Source of the DNA: Callorhinchus milii | Taxonomy: Eukaryota | Length of the DNA: 64,000 bases | Direction of reading: 5' to 3' | NCBI RefSeq assembly: GCF_018977255.1 | Contig: NW_024704752.1 | Location: forward strand, 19,592,001-19,656,000 | Part shown: positions 26,380 to 40,462 of the stretch, in pieces | How the letters are laid out: each line of letters starts with the position of its first letter | How positions within the stretch are numbered: the stretch's first letter is position 1 | Made by a program: the position numbers and the translations under genes | Notes under the pieces: generated by a model | What the model was told of the DNA's origin: nothing | Databases searched by the model: none | Seen by the model: the letters and a program-made list of their open reading frames with translations, nothing else

Positions 26380-29300
26380 AATCAGCAAGAATAATCAGCA
26401 AGCTTATTGTCACCAGTTATTTCAGTTGTTCCTAGGGAAACACTTGTATCTTCACTGGTGCGTGTGTTCTGTTGCTGGTCCAAAGTGTTCTTTCTCATGT
26501 TATTTTTTAAGGTCAGTGATTTTAAGTTAATGCAGGACTGTGCACTTCAGTTGTTTCTGAATCAGTCCAATTTCTCATTGGTACTGCCATGCCCTAAATT
26601 GGTTTAGGTGGAAGGGCATTAATGAATCTGTTTGACTTGTGAAATATTAAAGATTCTGTAGATAAAATCCCTAGTCAGTAACAACCGAACAAGTGCATTT
26701 TAATGCGTAAAAACTGCTAATAATGGGCATAATTGATGTATAGTTACTTCATACCATAGTTTCTCAGAATGGACACTGCACAGTACAGGATAGGACTTCA
26801 GTGCAGTACAGGAAAGCTCTACACTGTCAGAGGTTATGTGTTTCATGTGCAATATTAAATCCAAAGTCCTATTTGCCTATTCAAATTGATGTTGAAGGTT
26901 TTTCATGGCAACGTTCAAAATGAAAAGATAACTTCTCTCGGTATCGTGTCTATCAGATATTCCTCCAGATAAATTGCTCTTTCACTTCATAACTGTTTGT
27001 GGGGACCTTCCTGTGTGCACAAAGTTGCCATCTTTGTCTGCAAATATGATCTGTCATTTGACCATTATTTTAGAGAGACGGTGAGAAAGCTGATGGGAGG
27101 AAGATCACAGGATTGCATACATGAACCTTGTGATGCTTCAAACCATCAATGACTGTAGAGAAATTCTGGCTAACCGTGAGTGAGTAAATGATTAGCAGAG
27201 ATGAGAGATCACCTTATATTCAACAAATCATTTATTTTATTCTGCCCAGAAGTGTGAGAGTGGCTGAGAAGGTTGAAAGCATTTTTCAAGTCTTCGCCTT
27301 TGTGGAGAATGAATAAATGATGAGGTGAATGTGAGGTGATCAGTTTGATTCAGAAAACTGGGTTTTATTGGGGACAACGTTACCAGTGGAGGAGGTTTGA
27401 ACATTCTGTTGGAGATCAGAAGAGATGTCAATAAATAGAGAATGAACCACAATAGGTGAATTAACAACAACAGGATTACATTTGTATAGTGCCTTTCACG
27501 TCAGGAGGACGTCCCAAGGTGCTGAAATTAATAGAGAACCACACAAGGCTGAGCCAATCCTGAGTGTTGGCGTGACTGATGAGACTGACAAGAGCCGAAG
27601 GCCACAATGTGTTCGATTGAAAGGGATGGAAGAGATCAAGATTCAATGACTCAGTAATGCGAAGGGTAAAGGTTTACGTGAGGAATGGATTCATCAGCAA
27701 AAGAGTGGATAGAACTGGATGATGAGTGGAAGAGGTAATCGATGCGAGTGCAAAAGACTGTCTGAGTTGGTGAGAAAAGAGTTGGAGAGTAAAATATCAC
27801 CTAAAACCATAGGTGCAACAATTAGCAGTGAAACCAGTTAGTTAGGAAATTAACTTTGATGGAAGACCATAAGACGGTCCCTTCATTAAAAGTGCAAAGT
27901 TCAAGACACTGTTAAATATTTCATAGGCACCCAGTGCAATCATTGATGAATCACCAAAGTGCAGCGTTATATTCACGGCAAACGTCTAAAGGGTTGGACA
28001 GTCCTAAATGGACAGGTTATGTGAAAATCTGCGTGTAAATTCCATTGATACCATTATCAAGAGCGGATTACCAGGAGGATGTTACAGAATATAGTGTACT
28101 GTAAAGTAGAGTGACTGCTCTGTAGGGGAAGTTGGACAAACATCAGTGACCACAATAATAGACGATCTTTTGTTCACCTTGAATTCTACTCTAAAAGGGA
28201 GATTGGATGGCCGATTAGATCTGCATAGTCATTTAACCTTTGAACCCAGGTTGATTGTAACTAGACTGGTAGAATGAAAAATGTCTTCTCTGCAATCGTT
28301 GTAAGGGTACTAAGTGCAGTGAATTTGGATATGAGTTTGAATTCTCAATCTATTTCCAAATGAATGTGTACCTAAAGCACAAAACTAATCATAAATTCAT
28401 CACTAAATGGTTCATTTGGAGAGGTTGGCTACAAGGCATGAGGAATGGAACTGGATTACTGATGTAGTAGCGAGTGCTTTCTGATGTGGAGGTTAAGCAC
28501 ATTGTTGAATGGAGAACAGAGTGGTTTATCCTGTGTCTAACCTCTGTCACACTTGAGAGTGCTTTCTTCTGACACTGAGTGCATAAGGCAGATAAATGTT
28601 CGATTCATTTGCACTAACTTCCTTCACCTTTATAAGCACTGAAATTGCTGTCCACGTTGAAGAAGGAGTGCAGGCTTCGGAAATACTCTCTAAAGAAATC
28701 AAAGCATTAATCATGCCATGAATACAAGAGAGAAAAATGCCACAGTCTTGCCAGTGTTATTTTAATATCAAAATCACAAAAAGAATGGGTAGTTTCAAAG
28801 GAAAATTGGTTGCTGAAGTTTCTTAGCTTTCCAGCACTTTGAGACGTCCTCCCAAGGTGAAAGGCATTTTTCAAATGTAATCTGTCATTGCACACTTCCA
28901 CTATTGTAGTGATTACATTTACACCACAGTCTTTTCAGTTACAATACAGAATCACATTTGTATAGCGCCTTTCGTGCAGGAGAACGTTCATTCAAATAAA
29001 AATACTACAGTACATTCCAGAGGATTTTATACTGAGAGATTGCAGCATCTGTTGAAACACAAAATGACTCCAGCGACAATATGACAATAATTGTTTTTTG
29101 AGCATCAGTTTCAGAGCAGACACTATCCTAGTGAATCCAACAATTTAGCTTGTTTGAATACTCACCGACAATGAGGCAATGTCGCCTTGGAAGATTTATA
29201 ATTTGTTCGGAATGATCTACAGCACCAGACAATGGGATCTGACTATGAAAATATTATGATTTGTGACATCGGAAGCTTTGCTTATAATAATCATCGATGC

Positions 29301-32300
29301 TCAAAAAAAGTAGCACCAGGGGAATTACTGTTGAACAATAAAGATGGAAATCTCTTGCAAGAGAGAAAGATTTAACTCCGAGCAATTATTTTAACAAAAT
29401 AAATGAAATAATCCCAGATAGTAGACAAGGATTACTGTACAAAACATCCACTCTCAGAATTATTCAAAATTACTCGTGGCATAACTTTCAACTGGTTTGC
29501 AGCAGATTTTCAGTAACAAAACTGTTAATGAACACCTGCTGTGATGGACCGTTAGCGCCTCTCAATGGCAGAGTTTACTCCTTGCTCTTTACTCAATCTC
29601 TCTTTTTTATGAAAATGATTGCTTTGCATTTTAATATTTTTAATAACTTCTCAACCCTAGTTTTACAGATGTGGTTCCTCTTTAGTTCCCTTTCCCTCAC
29701 TTCCCTCCCCTCTTTTCCATCCACTATTTTTTTTCATCCAAAACGACTGGGACAGTCTACTCTTGAACATCTGAAAAATGTCTTGTAATTAACTGCATGA
29801 AAGAGTGTGGCAGCAGTTAAACAATCCTTGCATTTGATACCGCGCCTTATCACGTCTTCAAGACGTCTCAAAGCGCTTCACAGAATATACTGTAAAGTAT
29901 AGTGACTGTATATTTTGTGGGCGAAACGCAGCAGCCAATTGCGCACAGCATTTGGTTCCCTCAGTACTGCAGGGTGATGCTGTACGGGAAATAAATAAAG
30001 AATAGAAATTCTCCTTCAGTCATTCTGTAATGTAGCACACTGGATCATCAGTCACTTTCACTCTCTGCTACAGTACCGTGTGTGCAGTCGTCTATCACTC
30101 TGTAAGATACAAGAAAATACTCTTCAGCTCACATGAGAAGAGAACTTACATCCACTTACATTAAAATGCTTCAACTATTACCGGGGTGAATTAACACACT
30201 TCTCTTTACTCTGTGACCCGTGCTGCTTGTGTTTGGCACAAACTAATGAGATGAGAGTTTTTTCTATGTCCCCCTCGTGAAATGAGCTAGGGATAGTCTC
30301 AAAAGCCCGGGTGGATAAGGTCTGCAACACACAACCGCCCACAGCTTGGGACACAGTTGACAATCTCATTCAGAGAAGCGATAAAGATAGCTAGTGTGGA
30401 AAATTGAAAATATACACATGGTGAAACAGGCTGATGTTGGGGGTCTGAGACATAATGTTGTGGAGAAGCACTTTATGACAATAAGTTACCCAAGCAGGAG
30501 ATGGTCCCATTTGGGCAAATGGAAGTTCACTGTTCCATCCTCCACCCACCCCCCCCCCCACCAACACTCTTGACAAAAAGAATGAAATGCAGCACAGAGG
30601 ATTTTCTAAGGCAGGAAGATTACAAACCCAAACTGCATTTATTCTACTACAGAGCCATCGTGTTTATTAAGTGCTTAATAATTTGGTCACTCAATCCATG
30701 ACTGTTTGTGGGGACGCTGCTGTGAGCAATTGGCTGCCGTGTTTCGCCCACAAAATGCACAATCAATTCACTTTACAGTATATCCTGTGAAGAGCTTTGA
30801 GACGTCTCGAAGACAAGATAAGGCGATGTGTCAAATGCGAGGATTATTATTATTGTTAGTTTGGCTAATGATGTTTTCCTTAAATGCGCATTAGACAGAC
30901 AAAATGGGTGAGGAGTGAAAGTCGATGTTATAGATACAGTGACTCTCTAGGTTACAGAAATGTTATCACTGTAAATCTTTTAAACACTTAAACAAGTTTC
31001 AGTGCTGGAAACAAGATTTCCCAACGATAGTAGTAATGTTTATAATTTACCTCTATGTAGTAAATGAGATGTTGCATTTAAGCAGCATAAATACTGTTTG
31101 CAGTGTTCGTTCAACAAGCAATATTGTTTTTGCACCAATGGACTAAAAACATCAATTTAGCCAATTATTCTGGAGAAGAATGCTTGCAATTGACTTGAGG
31201 TACGTTGCGAATTCCAAAGCATTACACTGTGTTACAAACATGCTTGGAATTGGATCAAGTCTTAATCAACATTCTGGAGATCAAAGTTTTGTTCGAAAGA
31301 CAGCAACTCCAGAAATGCAGTATTGTTTTCGGGTGGATGTCTGACGCATGTGGAAACCCGTCACCGTGCTTAAGAGTATCCAAACCAAACTGAGAATTTC
31401 ATCCATCCCACCTACACACGGCAATCCCAGAGATATTTTGTTGGATTGTTACCTAATTCCAGAAAGTATGAGAGGATGTTGTGGGTGACCTCAGGCACCG
31501 GATGCCCAGGTACGGACTGTAGAAACTCCAGATGTCACAGGTGAGTTCTGAATGCCAACAACAAGCTGCAGCCAATGTGGGTGAGAAAAGATTGTTGGTT
31601 TCCCACCATGACTGGTGAGGAGATTGACTAGAAAGCCAATCTATCTGGTCTGCAAATTCAGCTCAGTCCAACTCTCTGATGCTACTCAGGGTGATCATGT
31701 CTGTGCATCTGGGTGTTCCGAGAACAAACAATGAAGTGGACATTGACAATGATGTGACGAAGCAGGTGCAGACCATTCTCCAGCAGGTCCTGGCACAGTT
31801 GTGAGGTTGTCAGAGCAACAGCATCTGTCTGAGACGTTCTAGTCTGTTGCTGTGGACACTTTGCCTTTTGGGCCATTTATGGCACAGAAAAGCCGCAGTG
31901 AAAGAACAACTAAAGCTGATTCTACTCAGAGCAATTGCAGATGATGGTAAATACACAGGAGTCATTCCGGAAAGAGCAAAGTTCCTCAAAAAGCCTTCAC
32001 CAATTTATCTGTAGTCTTGTTAACTCAACTCACTTCTATTTTCAAATGGTGTCATGGGATCTTTAACATTCATGTGAAGAGACAGGAAAGGATATCTCAT
32101 CTAAAGAACCGTACCAACAACACTGCCAGAGCAGTAAAATCCCAACATGTGACTTTGATCCTACAAATTCCTGATCAAAAAATCAAGAGTTCCAACTAAC
32201 TGAACCAAATTGCTAGGTGACACCTTACACTATTTGGCTGCTCTTATGGCACATCAATGCTGTGCCCCAACCACGTTTTAAGTGGATAAAATGCTACTTG

Positions 32301-32889
32301 TTAATGTTTAATGGTTTTTAATTGATTGCTCTCATTGTGTGTCAGAAAAAAAATCTTGTTTCTGTAGATAATCTTTAATTCCTTACGATGCTGCAATTTG
32401 AATTTGTTTCAAAACCCAGGAATGCAGTAGATTCAATACACTGTTTAATTAATAGTACCAATATCTTTGATAGAAGTCATTAGGAATTTTATTTTACTAA
32501 TGAAATAGCAAGGCTTGCATCCAAATAGCTATCAAATAAATTGTTGTACATTTATTGGTAGCTACTGTCATAATAGGCTGTCCATGTATAACGTAAGTCT
32601 TTATAATTACTCAGCTATAAATTTTGGAGAATTCTGCCAGATATAGTGGTGGGTTCACAGATGAAGCATTCGATGGCCTTTTCTTGTCCTTGAATTTTCT
32701 GATGTCCTGACGCCGATCCAAACTACAGCACTGCAACTCACTCAGTTCAACAGTCATTGTGACCCAAATTTGAAAGGGTGTAAAATTGATATATTATGGT
32801 TGAAGCAAGAGCCGATTTCAGAGAGCCACCAGCCTGCATAGTAACCGACATACAGTGTTTTTAATGGATTGTCTTACTCTGACACATGT

Positions 32890-33185
32890 CAGATCCCTCT
32901 GTCCTGTCCTTTGGATGAAACATTAAACCACGTCCCAGTCTGCCTGTTCACGTGGACATTAAAGATCCCATGACATTCTTTGACAAGAGGAGCAGGTGTC
33001 CTGGCCAACGATCCCCCAAATAAAATCGGTTATTCATGTTATTGGCTGCTTGTGAGGCATTGAGGTCTCCAAATGAGCAGCAGCTATTACCTACATATAC
33101 CCTCCCAATGTACTTCACAGGATATCAGAGGAAGTGCTCTCAAGCATCCTCTCTGTATATCAAATGCAAGGATTATTATTATTTT
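32890..33185 (+). mobile_element. Ancient DeuSINE (AmnSINE1/SacSINE1-like)
   Basis: ctgtcctttggatgaaacattaaacc..gtctgcctgttcacgtggacattaaagatcccatg resembles the Deu-domain as I recall it. Confidence 0.7.
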
Positions 33186-34864
33186 ATTAAGGCATCACAT
33201 TCTTAACAGTCACATGAGTATGTAAAAAAAAGGTTTCTTCTACCCTTTCCCTCTTTTCGTTAATAATCTAAAGAGACAACAAATAATTTAATGTGCCACA
33301 ACTTATTCTGCAGCTGCAGGCTGGTGGGAAGCTTCTTTTAACACTGAACATTTATGTATTACATACCCTTCACATCACACTCGCTGTTTCAGCCGATGGA
33401 AATTGCATTTTATATTGGATGAATGAGGTTTTTTTTGCAATTATAAAAAAAACTTTCATAGGAGCATAGGAATTAGGAGCAGTAGGAAGCCATTCGGCCC
33501 CTCGAGCCTTCCCCGCCATTCAATAAGATCACGGCTAATCTTCTAACCTAACTCCATCTGCCCGCCTTATCCCGATATCCCTTAATCCCTGTATCCTTTA
33601 GTTATCTCATTACCTCGATATTATGTGAAGTGTATCTTCGCTTGATACAATGTGGAACATGCTTCCCCAGTACCTTAAACAAATCAGTGGGCAGTGTTGA
33701 TTTGTTAAACCTTTTTCACCGTGACATCTTTACAAACTGCACGCACTATTGATTGTAAAAACAGGATCTTACCACTAAACACAGATCCATTGTGTCTAAT
33801 TGCTGCAATAAGTGTTCAGAAAAATGCCGTTGGTATTTTCTCTTTTGTGTTCAAGTGCTGCCATTTATCTTATCCCATTTTGGCTCTTCGTGTTTTCCAA
33901 TAAAAATCTATTAGACATCAAACTTTCTTCACAGTGCGATGTGTCTGAGGAGAGTTTAGGAACACAGGAACATGAGGAGGTCATTCAGCTCCACAGGTCC
34001 TGTTGAGATAGTTGTGTGATAATCTTTGCATTTGATACAGCACCTGATCCCATCGTCAAAACATCTCTAAGCTCTTCACTTTACTAAATGTAAACTGTTG
34101 TTGCTGTGTATTTGCAGGTGATCTCACCAACCAATTTGCACCCACCTGAACAGGCAGTCGGGATGTTACCTGTCTGTTTTATTAGATTATGGAAATTCTT
34201 TTAATCCCAGTTCACAATCTTTTTCCTATCCCGGTTGTTAGTTGATTGGCAGATCACTTCCCCGGGAGTTAATATTCCCTTCAAAACAATAAATACATTT
34301 TTAAAAATAATAATAATTTGGTCAGGCAATCCACGGCTGTTTGTGGGACGCTGCTGTGCGCAATCGGCTACTGCGTTTCACCTACAAAATACAATCAATC
34401 TACAGTATATTCTGTGAAGCGCTTTGAGACGTCTCAAAGACATGATAAGGCGCTGTGTCAAAGGCAAGGGTTAGTATTATTGGTTGTTGGAAACGACTGT
34501 TTCACAATTTCTTTTTCATGAAATTGATTGAATTAAATTTCCTTAAAAATGTAATGAAAATGTTTTGCAATTAGGGAAAATGAAAAGCATAATTAGCGGT
34601 ACTGAGTGTTTAGTTGAATATGTGGAACTGTATGTGGACTCTACTTTTATTAATCATTCATAAGCATACAAAATTGAGGTGACTTAATTAACTAAGCTAG
34701 TGCTTTCATTGTCTGAATTTATTTCCTCTGGAGGCCTCACTGCTGAATTCATCTTAGAAAGAAAAGAACAGAAATCTCTCATTATCAGCGATTAGCTTCA
34801 CAGGCTAGTTGGATTTCAGTCTACAATAACAATTTCAGCAACAACTTGCGTTCATATAGGTCCT

Positions 34865-35187
34865 TAATAATAATAATAATCCTTGTATTTGATATAGCGC
34901 TTTTCACGTCAGGAGGACGTCCCAAAGCGCTTCACAGAATATACTGTAAAGTGAATTGACCGTATATTTGTGGGCGAAACGCGGCAGCCAATTGCGCACA
35001 GCAGCGTCTGTCCCACAAACAGTCGTGGATTGAAAATGACCAATTTATTATTGTTTTTTTTCTTGAGGGATTATTATTAGGCTGTGTGTGGAGTAAGGAA
35101 ACTTGCCCAAGGTTTCGCCCTGCCGGGAATTGAACTCAGGTCTCTCACTTGCAAAGCGAGTGCTCTAACCACTGAGCTACAGGACTC
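34865..35187 (-). mobile_element. Full-length tRNA(Ala)-derived SINE with Deu-like domain and L2-type tail
   Basis: Head GAGTCCTGTAGCTCAGTGGTTAGAGCACTCGCTTTGCAAG..GAGTTCAATTCCC (A/B boxes, TGC anticodon loop); ctgtttgtgggac..gctgtgcgcaattggctgccgcgtttc domain; (TTA)n tail. Confidence 0.92.
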
Positions 35188-36929
35188 TTATCTAAAGTTG
35201 CTTACCAACTCTATATTTTCCACTTCACGTGTGTTTAATATCTGAGAGCCTAGAGTTTGCATTGTAAAGAATGGAAATGTCGTACGTCACGGGAATCATC
35301 CAAAGATGCCGTCCCCAACAACGTCATTTAGGCACCACGTTGTGCATCATATGGGTTGAAGCAGATTCTCTCTGTACAAGACCACACAGAAGAACCACCA
35401 GTTGTAATAAAAATGATATTTCCATTGGTATGAAATCACAGTGCAAAACAGCTTCATTATTTGCGGGTTGGGAAACAGACCAAAAATCCCCTTTGGCTAT
35501 GTATTTTTGAAACTCGATCACAATTCCTATTAATAGAACCATGCAATATAAAATATATTTCTTACTCCCTTGGTATTATCTACTTATTTTTTGATGAGGA
35601 CAAATGTAATGAGGTATAGCTGTCTACATCTGAAATTTAACTGTGCGTGTAGGTGGGATGCATGGAAATCTCAGTTTGGTTTGGATAGTGTTAAGCGCGG
35701 TGATGGGTTTCCGCATGTGTTAGACACCCAATAAATAACTTGGCATAATTCAACGTTCTTAAAATGAAGGGGCTTTAGCTCTCAGCTCGTCTTTAGGAGA
35801 TAGTAATGGCATGTGACAGTCCTCACAGCTTGACTGCTGTATGCTTTCCAAACATCTGTCTTCAAATCCCATCTAAAAATTTACCTCGTCGACTGCATCT
35901 GTGGTCACTTCCCCTTCCTCCTTCTCTCTTGCCCCCCCCATCCCTCTGGCCCCCTTCTTTACAAAGTGCTCTGAGGCATTATCTGATGTGAAGGGAGCTA
36001 TACAGTTATTGTTTTCTTCTTACCAATTGCATTAACCGTAATATGTGTGTGTGTATATATATATATTTTACAAACCACGTCAAATGAAATTGAAGGGCAA
36101 CTATTGATTTGGTCAGTCATTAGCCTGAGTGCAGCAAAGAGCTATTCCAAGATCATCACTTTGTTGTATTACAACTCAACTCATTCTATTTCCCACATTG
36201 GCATATATAATAGAGAAATTATCTGGCTCTGTTCAAAAGACACTAAGATGGCCTTTTTATGTAGCATGTCACAACAGCATTGTAAAAACAATTGACAATA
36301 TTGCTGTATTTTAGAGTGTCAGATTTCCACACTGCCCTGTTTTACTCACAAGTGCCTCTTGAAACTCAGAAGTGTCGTTTACTGGAAGAGGCAAACAGCA
36401 GTAAGTCTTGAACTGATTGATATCTTCTGGTTTAAAGGCTAAGCTTCCCAACCTACTGTGCTGCCACTTGAGACTCACTCAAGACTTTGATGAATAGTTT
36501 CATCCTTATTTTTGATATATCAACAATATAAGTAATCAGAATCAGTTTTCAGGTTACAACACACAGTTTTTTGTTGGTAATCTTCATCCGGTTTTACTCA
36601 CTGTGAATTCTGTACGATGGATGCACTTTCTAGCCTTTTCTCACTCTTCTAGTCTCGGTCCTGTTTGCCTTTTGGCTTTAGTTTCACACCATTTGGTATG
36701 AGCTGATAATCAAACATGGTTGGAACATGCAGTTCGAGGTCCAGGGCCAATGGATTTCTAGAGCTCCTGTTTAACTCAGTTGAATTTCAGAATTAAAATA
36801 AAATGTGTTGTATTATAGCTGGCAAAAGCAAACTCAGAACCCTCTCTGCCATATGCCCTTCAGTTTGTCACATCTCTCAACGCTTTTGTTATTGCCATCT
36901 TTTACAATGAGTTTAGGTTTTTCTTTTAA

Positions 36930-37052
36930 ACCACCGCGCCTTTGGTCAACCTTGCTCCCCCTTACCCCGGCTCGGCCCTGGGATCCGTTACTGTAAAACG
37001 CTCTGAGACGCCGTCCGGCATGGAGGGCACTATATAAATCCAAGTTGTTGTT
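36930..37052 (+). mobile_element. Second L2-like family 3' end
   Basis: cgctctgagacgcc..gcatggagggcactatataaatccaagttgttgtt; related tails at 9030-9099(+), 59150-59283(+), 52030-52081(+), 44948-45005(-), 25452-25508(-), 2565-2625(+). Confidence 0.7.
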
Positions 37053-37649
37053 ATATTCAGAAAGGATGGCTTCAACAACACTTACTAGAGTATGAATTAG
37101 TGACATTAAATAACAGTATCATATCATCACATGCACTTCTGCAAGATATTGTACAATTAAAACCCTGTTAAATTTGACATAAGTAGATTAAATATAAAAT
37201 TAGAGGTAAAATAAGGTTTTACACTACTTCTGATATTCAACCCCTGAATACTCATGAAAAATGGTGTATGTTTAAATATGCAGGTGTGTGATTGAATACG
37301 CATATGTTTATAAAGTGAGTTAAAGCTGCCCTTATAAATTCCACATTTAAAATGTTAACAATAATAACAATAATCCTTGCATTTACTATAGCACGTTGTT
37401 GAGAAGTCTCAAAGTGCTTCACAGAATATATACAGAATATAAAGAGCACGAGAGCAATGAGTATATCATGCCAATTAGGTGTTATTGAAGTTGATGGAAG
37501 GTGTTTGTCTGATTGTGGGAGGCTAGTAAAGAATTTGTCTCATCGGGCTGTAAGATTGGTGCCCAAGGCTTTGCTGGGGATGTGGATATGGAGGAGCAGG
37601 TGAGAGAGGGAGCCAGCAGCCAGAGTTGATCATGGTATAAAGAGGCTCA

Positions 37650-37890
37650 ACCCCAGGCAGCAGATGTACACAAGCAGAGTCAGTACCTGCGACTGACAGA
37701 GGAGCAGAGTTTGACGATCTGGCAGCCGGTTCACACAGCTGACATGAAGCTGTGCCATCTGCTGTGTGTGGCAATGAAAACAGCCACTGCACTCAATTCT
37801 TATACAGTGGGATGACCTGGTACACTGTGGCTGCCAGCGACACCGAGATAGCTCACTCGTGCCCTGTACAGTACATCCACGTAAGTCAAA
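37650..37890 (+). mobile_element. Decayed PIF/Harbinger transposase fragment
   Basis: Broken frames give PRQQMY, QYLRLTEEQSL, KLCHLL and VAMKTATALNSYTVG*, in the order of HARBI1-like N-terminal motifs (YL.MSEEQCL, EICHLL, VAVKVTAALNFYASG). Confidence 0.65.
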
Positions 37891-38757
37891 CCACCGCCAG
37901 GTGAGGATCTACCATCAATTCTACAACGTACCAAAGGTGCAAAGTTCATAAATTATACAAGAAAGGAATCCAGCAGCAACATCAATAGAAAAGACTGTGC
38001 ACATGCAATCTAGCCAATTGCGCAATGTCTTCATCGAAAAGAAAATGCATTCTTGTGCTCAATATGTGTGTATGTGTGAGGTTTAAGATTGCGATAATGG
38101 TGTGTGTACCAGTGATTCACATAATCAAGAAAGGTTTAAAAAGTCATAAAAGTTAATTGACTCTTTTTTCACATGATGAAAAATATTTTTTCCTTTGAAT
38201 GCCACTGATTAGAACAGATTCCAATTAAAACCGTATTGATGGTCTCTAATTGAAAGATGTACGTCTCACGCAGTAATTCTGTTTTGATTTTAAGCTTCAT
38301 CAGTCATAATTAAGAGGAGTTACGAAATTGGATAATGTTCGCACATCATTTTATCTTAGTGTGAAAGGTTATTCTAATATATTTGATATAAAGGAAAACA
38401 AATCCGAGTAAACACATATGTTGAATTGGTAATAATTGTGAATATCTTCATTTTTATGAAGATTAATGATGATTTAAAAAGGGAAAAGATTAACTAACCT
38501 TACGCGCCATTCAGACAATGGCAGGGACTTGCCTAAACTTGCCAAACCTTTGACTAACTCTTTACTGACTAGTTCCAACTACTTCCCTTTCTGTTTTTTG
38601 AACCGGCTAAAAATAAAGGTTCCCATGTGTACTTCAGAACGGAGAGAAATGTTTAATTTCTTACTCATGATATCTTACATACTCATATGATATAATAAGG
38701 TGGTAGTTAATTAAAACTATTGATTCCAAACCAGTCTTGTTCTCTTGTATTGACTAA

Positions 38758-39000
38758 CTTTGTAGCAGATTGAGTTGGATCAGAATTAGCGTGTATAAAT
38801 ATAATACAAGGATTATATTATTACATTATTGTAAAAAAAATTGGAATAGGTCTGGATCAATTGAGGTCAATATGGTGAAAATAGCAGTCTTTGTGTTTTA
38901 CGATGAAAACAATCTGAAACAAACCTAAACTATGAGGATTAGGTGTCTGTTATTACTTACAGCGTAAAATGTAATTGAACAGGCAGGAGCGTGAAAAATG
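38758..39000. repeat. Left arm of ~240 bp inverted repeat
   Basis: Reverse complement of 40463-40700; outer 59 nt match at 56 positions. Confidence 0.92.
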
Positions 39001-39090
39001 AATGATAACCGTTCATCTCCAATGAAGAATAAACCAATGTGGACAAGGATCAGCTTGTCAGTGACGGGTGTAACAGTAACATTGTCAAAT

Positions 39091-39130
39091 GTTAATAACT
39101 TAACTCTTTGTTAAGAGTTAAGTTATTAAC
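39091..39130. repeat. Perfect 18-bp hairpin
   Basis: GTTAATAACTTAACTCTT-tgtt-AAGAGTTAAGTTATTAAC. Confidence 0.95.
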
Positions 39131-39184
39131 TTAATATATAATGCATTATATTGCAACCCACAGCACAGCTGAACTTGCATTGGT

Positions 39185-39285
39185 GCTGAAAGCCCGATCA
39201 AAGAGGAAAATCATGAGACGAGCCTTGAAAGAGGCAAGAGGTGAGGTAGAGAGATTGTGGGATGGCATTTCACAGGGTGGGGGCA
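39185..39285 (-). mobile_element. Old L2 ORF2-end fragment
   Basis: Aligns by eye to 26050-26150 (gatcaaagagg...gagacgagccttgaaagagg...gggatgg). Confidence 0.6.
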
Positions 39286-39639
39286 GTTAATGTTGAGAGA
39301 TAAGCACTGGTGTAGTCTGGGTACAAGTTAGCCCTCTGCCATGTTGCAGTCGTTGCTTTCCATGGATATTAATCAGGTAGGAGTTTCAGCAGCAACCATA
39401 CCCTGATTGATCCTATAATTATTGCCTGACATATCCCGCGTAATAAAAAATAGTGCAGTCATCTCTCTTGCATTTAAATTGTCTGACCTGCAAAGGTTGA
39501 TTGGAATTCTTGCACTCGCTCTAACATCCTCCCTGAGATCCCCCAACTCTTCTTGGGGTCTTCACCAGTAACATGCGCTGTGTTAAGATCCACTGTGCAT
39601 TTTGCCATCACATTCAAGTTTGTTCGGCGAAGACAAGGG

Positions 39640-40210
39640 AGAAGGAAAAAAAGGTTTTGCCATTGAAAATTCAGTGATTTTTTTTTAAATCAAAAGAAGA
39701 GACTGTCAGACAGACAGATGCATCACAATCTGAGTGAAAAGCTTAACGTACTCAGAAACAGTTTTCAAAATCAGCCGCAGTTTCTTCTTCTCGGGCAACA
39801 GAGATTTTTCGTTTGAAAGAAAACGAAGAGACAAAGAAAACGCCTGATCACAGTTTGTGGTTTCAGTCTTAATGGCTGTTTGCCTGGGAACTGTAGGCAC
39901 TGGGTGATCGACTTGACAGCTTCCCTCAGACAGATTTGATTGACAACTATAAAACCCATCAACTGTTCGAAAACTCAGGCTGACTAAAAGCTACAGAAGA
40001 CCACACTATCTGCCCTCACACTTCAAACAAAAATTCCGTTCTCTACAAAAATCCTTTCTCATCTATCGTACACGGGTTTCTTCATGGTTGTCAAGTTGGA
40101 GCAGCGCAGGGGAAGAACTCACACCGTTTTAGCATTACAGAATCGCTCCAGTCTACAAAGAGAGAACTTCTCAAATGAGGGATTGATTTTTTTTTCCTCA
40201 TTTGTGTCTC
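39640..40210. promoter_or_regulatory. Candidate conserved noncoding element/enhancer
   Basis: Repeat-free, noncoding, relatively CpG-retaining; TGACAG 39914-39919 and TGATTGACA 39937-39945 (Meis/Pbx-type); conservation not verified. Confidence 0.35.
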
Positions 40211-40462
40211 GCTGCTGTTAGAATAATATTAATAATAATAATAATAATCTTTGCATTTGATATAGCGCCTTATCACCTCTTCGAGACCTCTCAAAGCACT
40301 TCACAGGATATACTGTAAAGTGTAGTGATCTTGTGTGGGCGAATACACCCAGTTGATTTGTTAATACAGCACAAAATACAAAAATATAAATACTTTTTGA
40401 ATGGCAAGGTTTGATTAGTGAGGAACGTGACTCACCTCTAACACAGCACAATAACAAATGTC

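Noticed and set aside
27575-27605. CTGATGAG...CCGAAGG possible hammerhead
   Set aside because: No stem II pairing and no GAAA box.
31400-31900. GC-richer block possibly a retroelement ORF remnant (also 21130-21430 and 23740-24330)
   Set aside because: I could not recover convincing protein motifs by eye; left unassigned.
35110-35187. tRNA-Ala-like gene (also near 43460-43536, 14550-14627, 41885-41945)
   Set aside because: Acceptor and T stems are imperfect and each is joined to a SINE body and tail; these are SINE heads, not tRNA genes.
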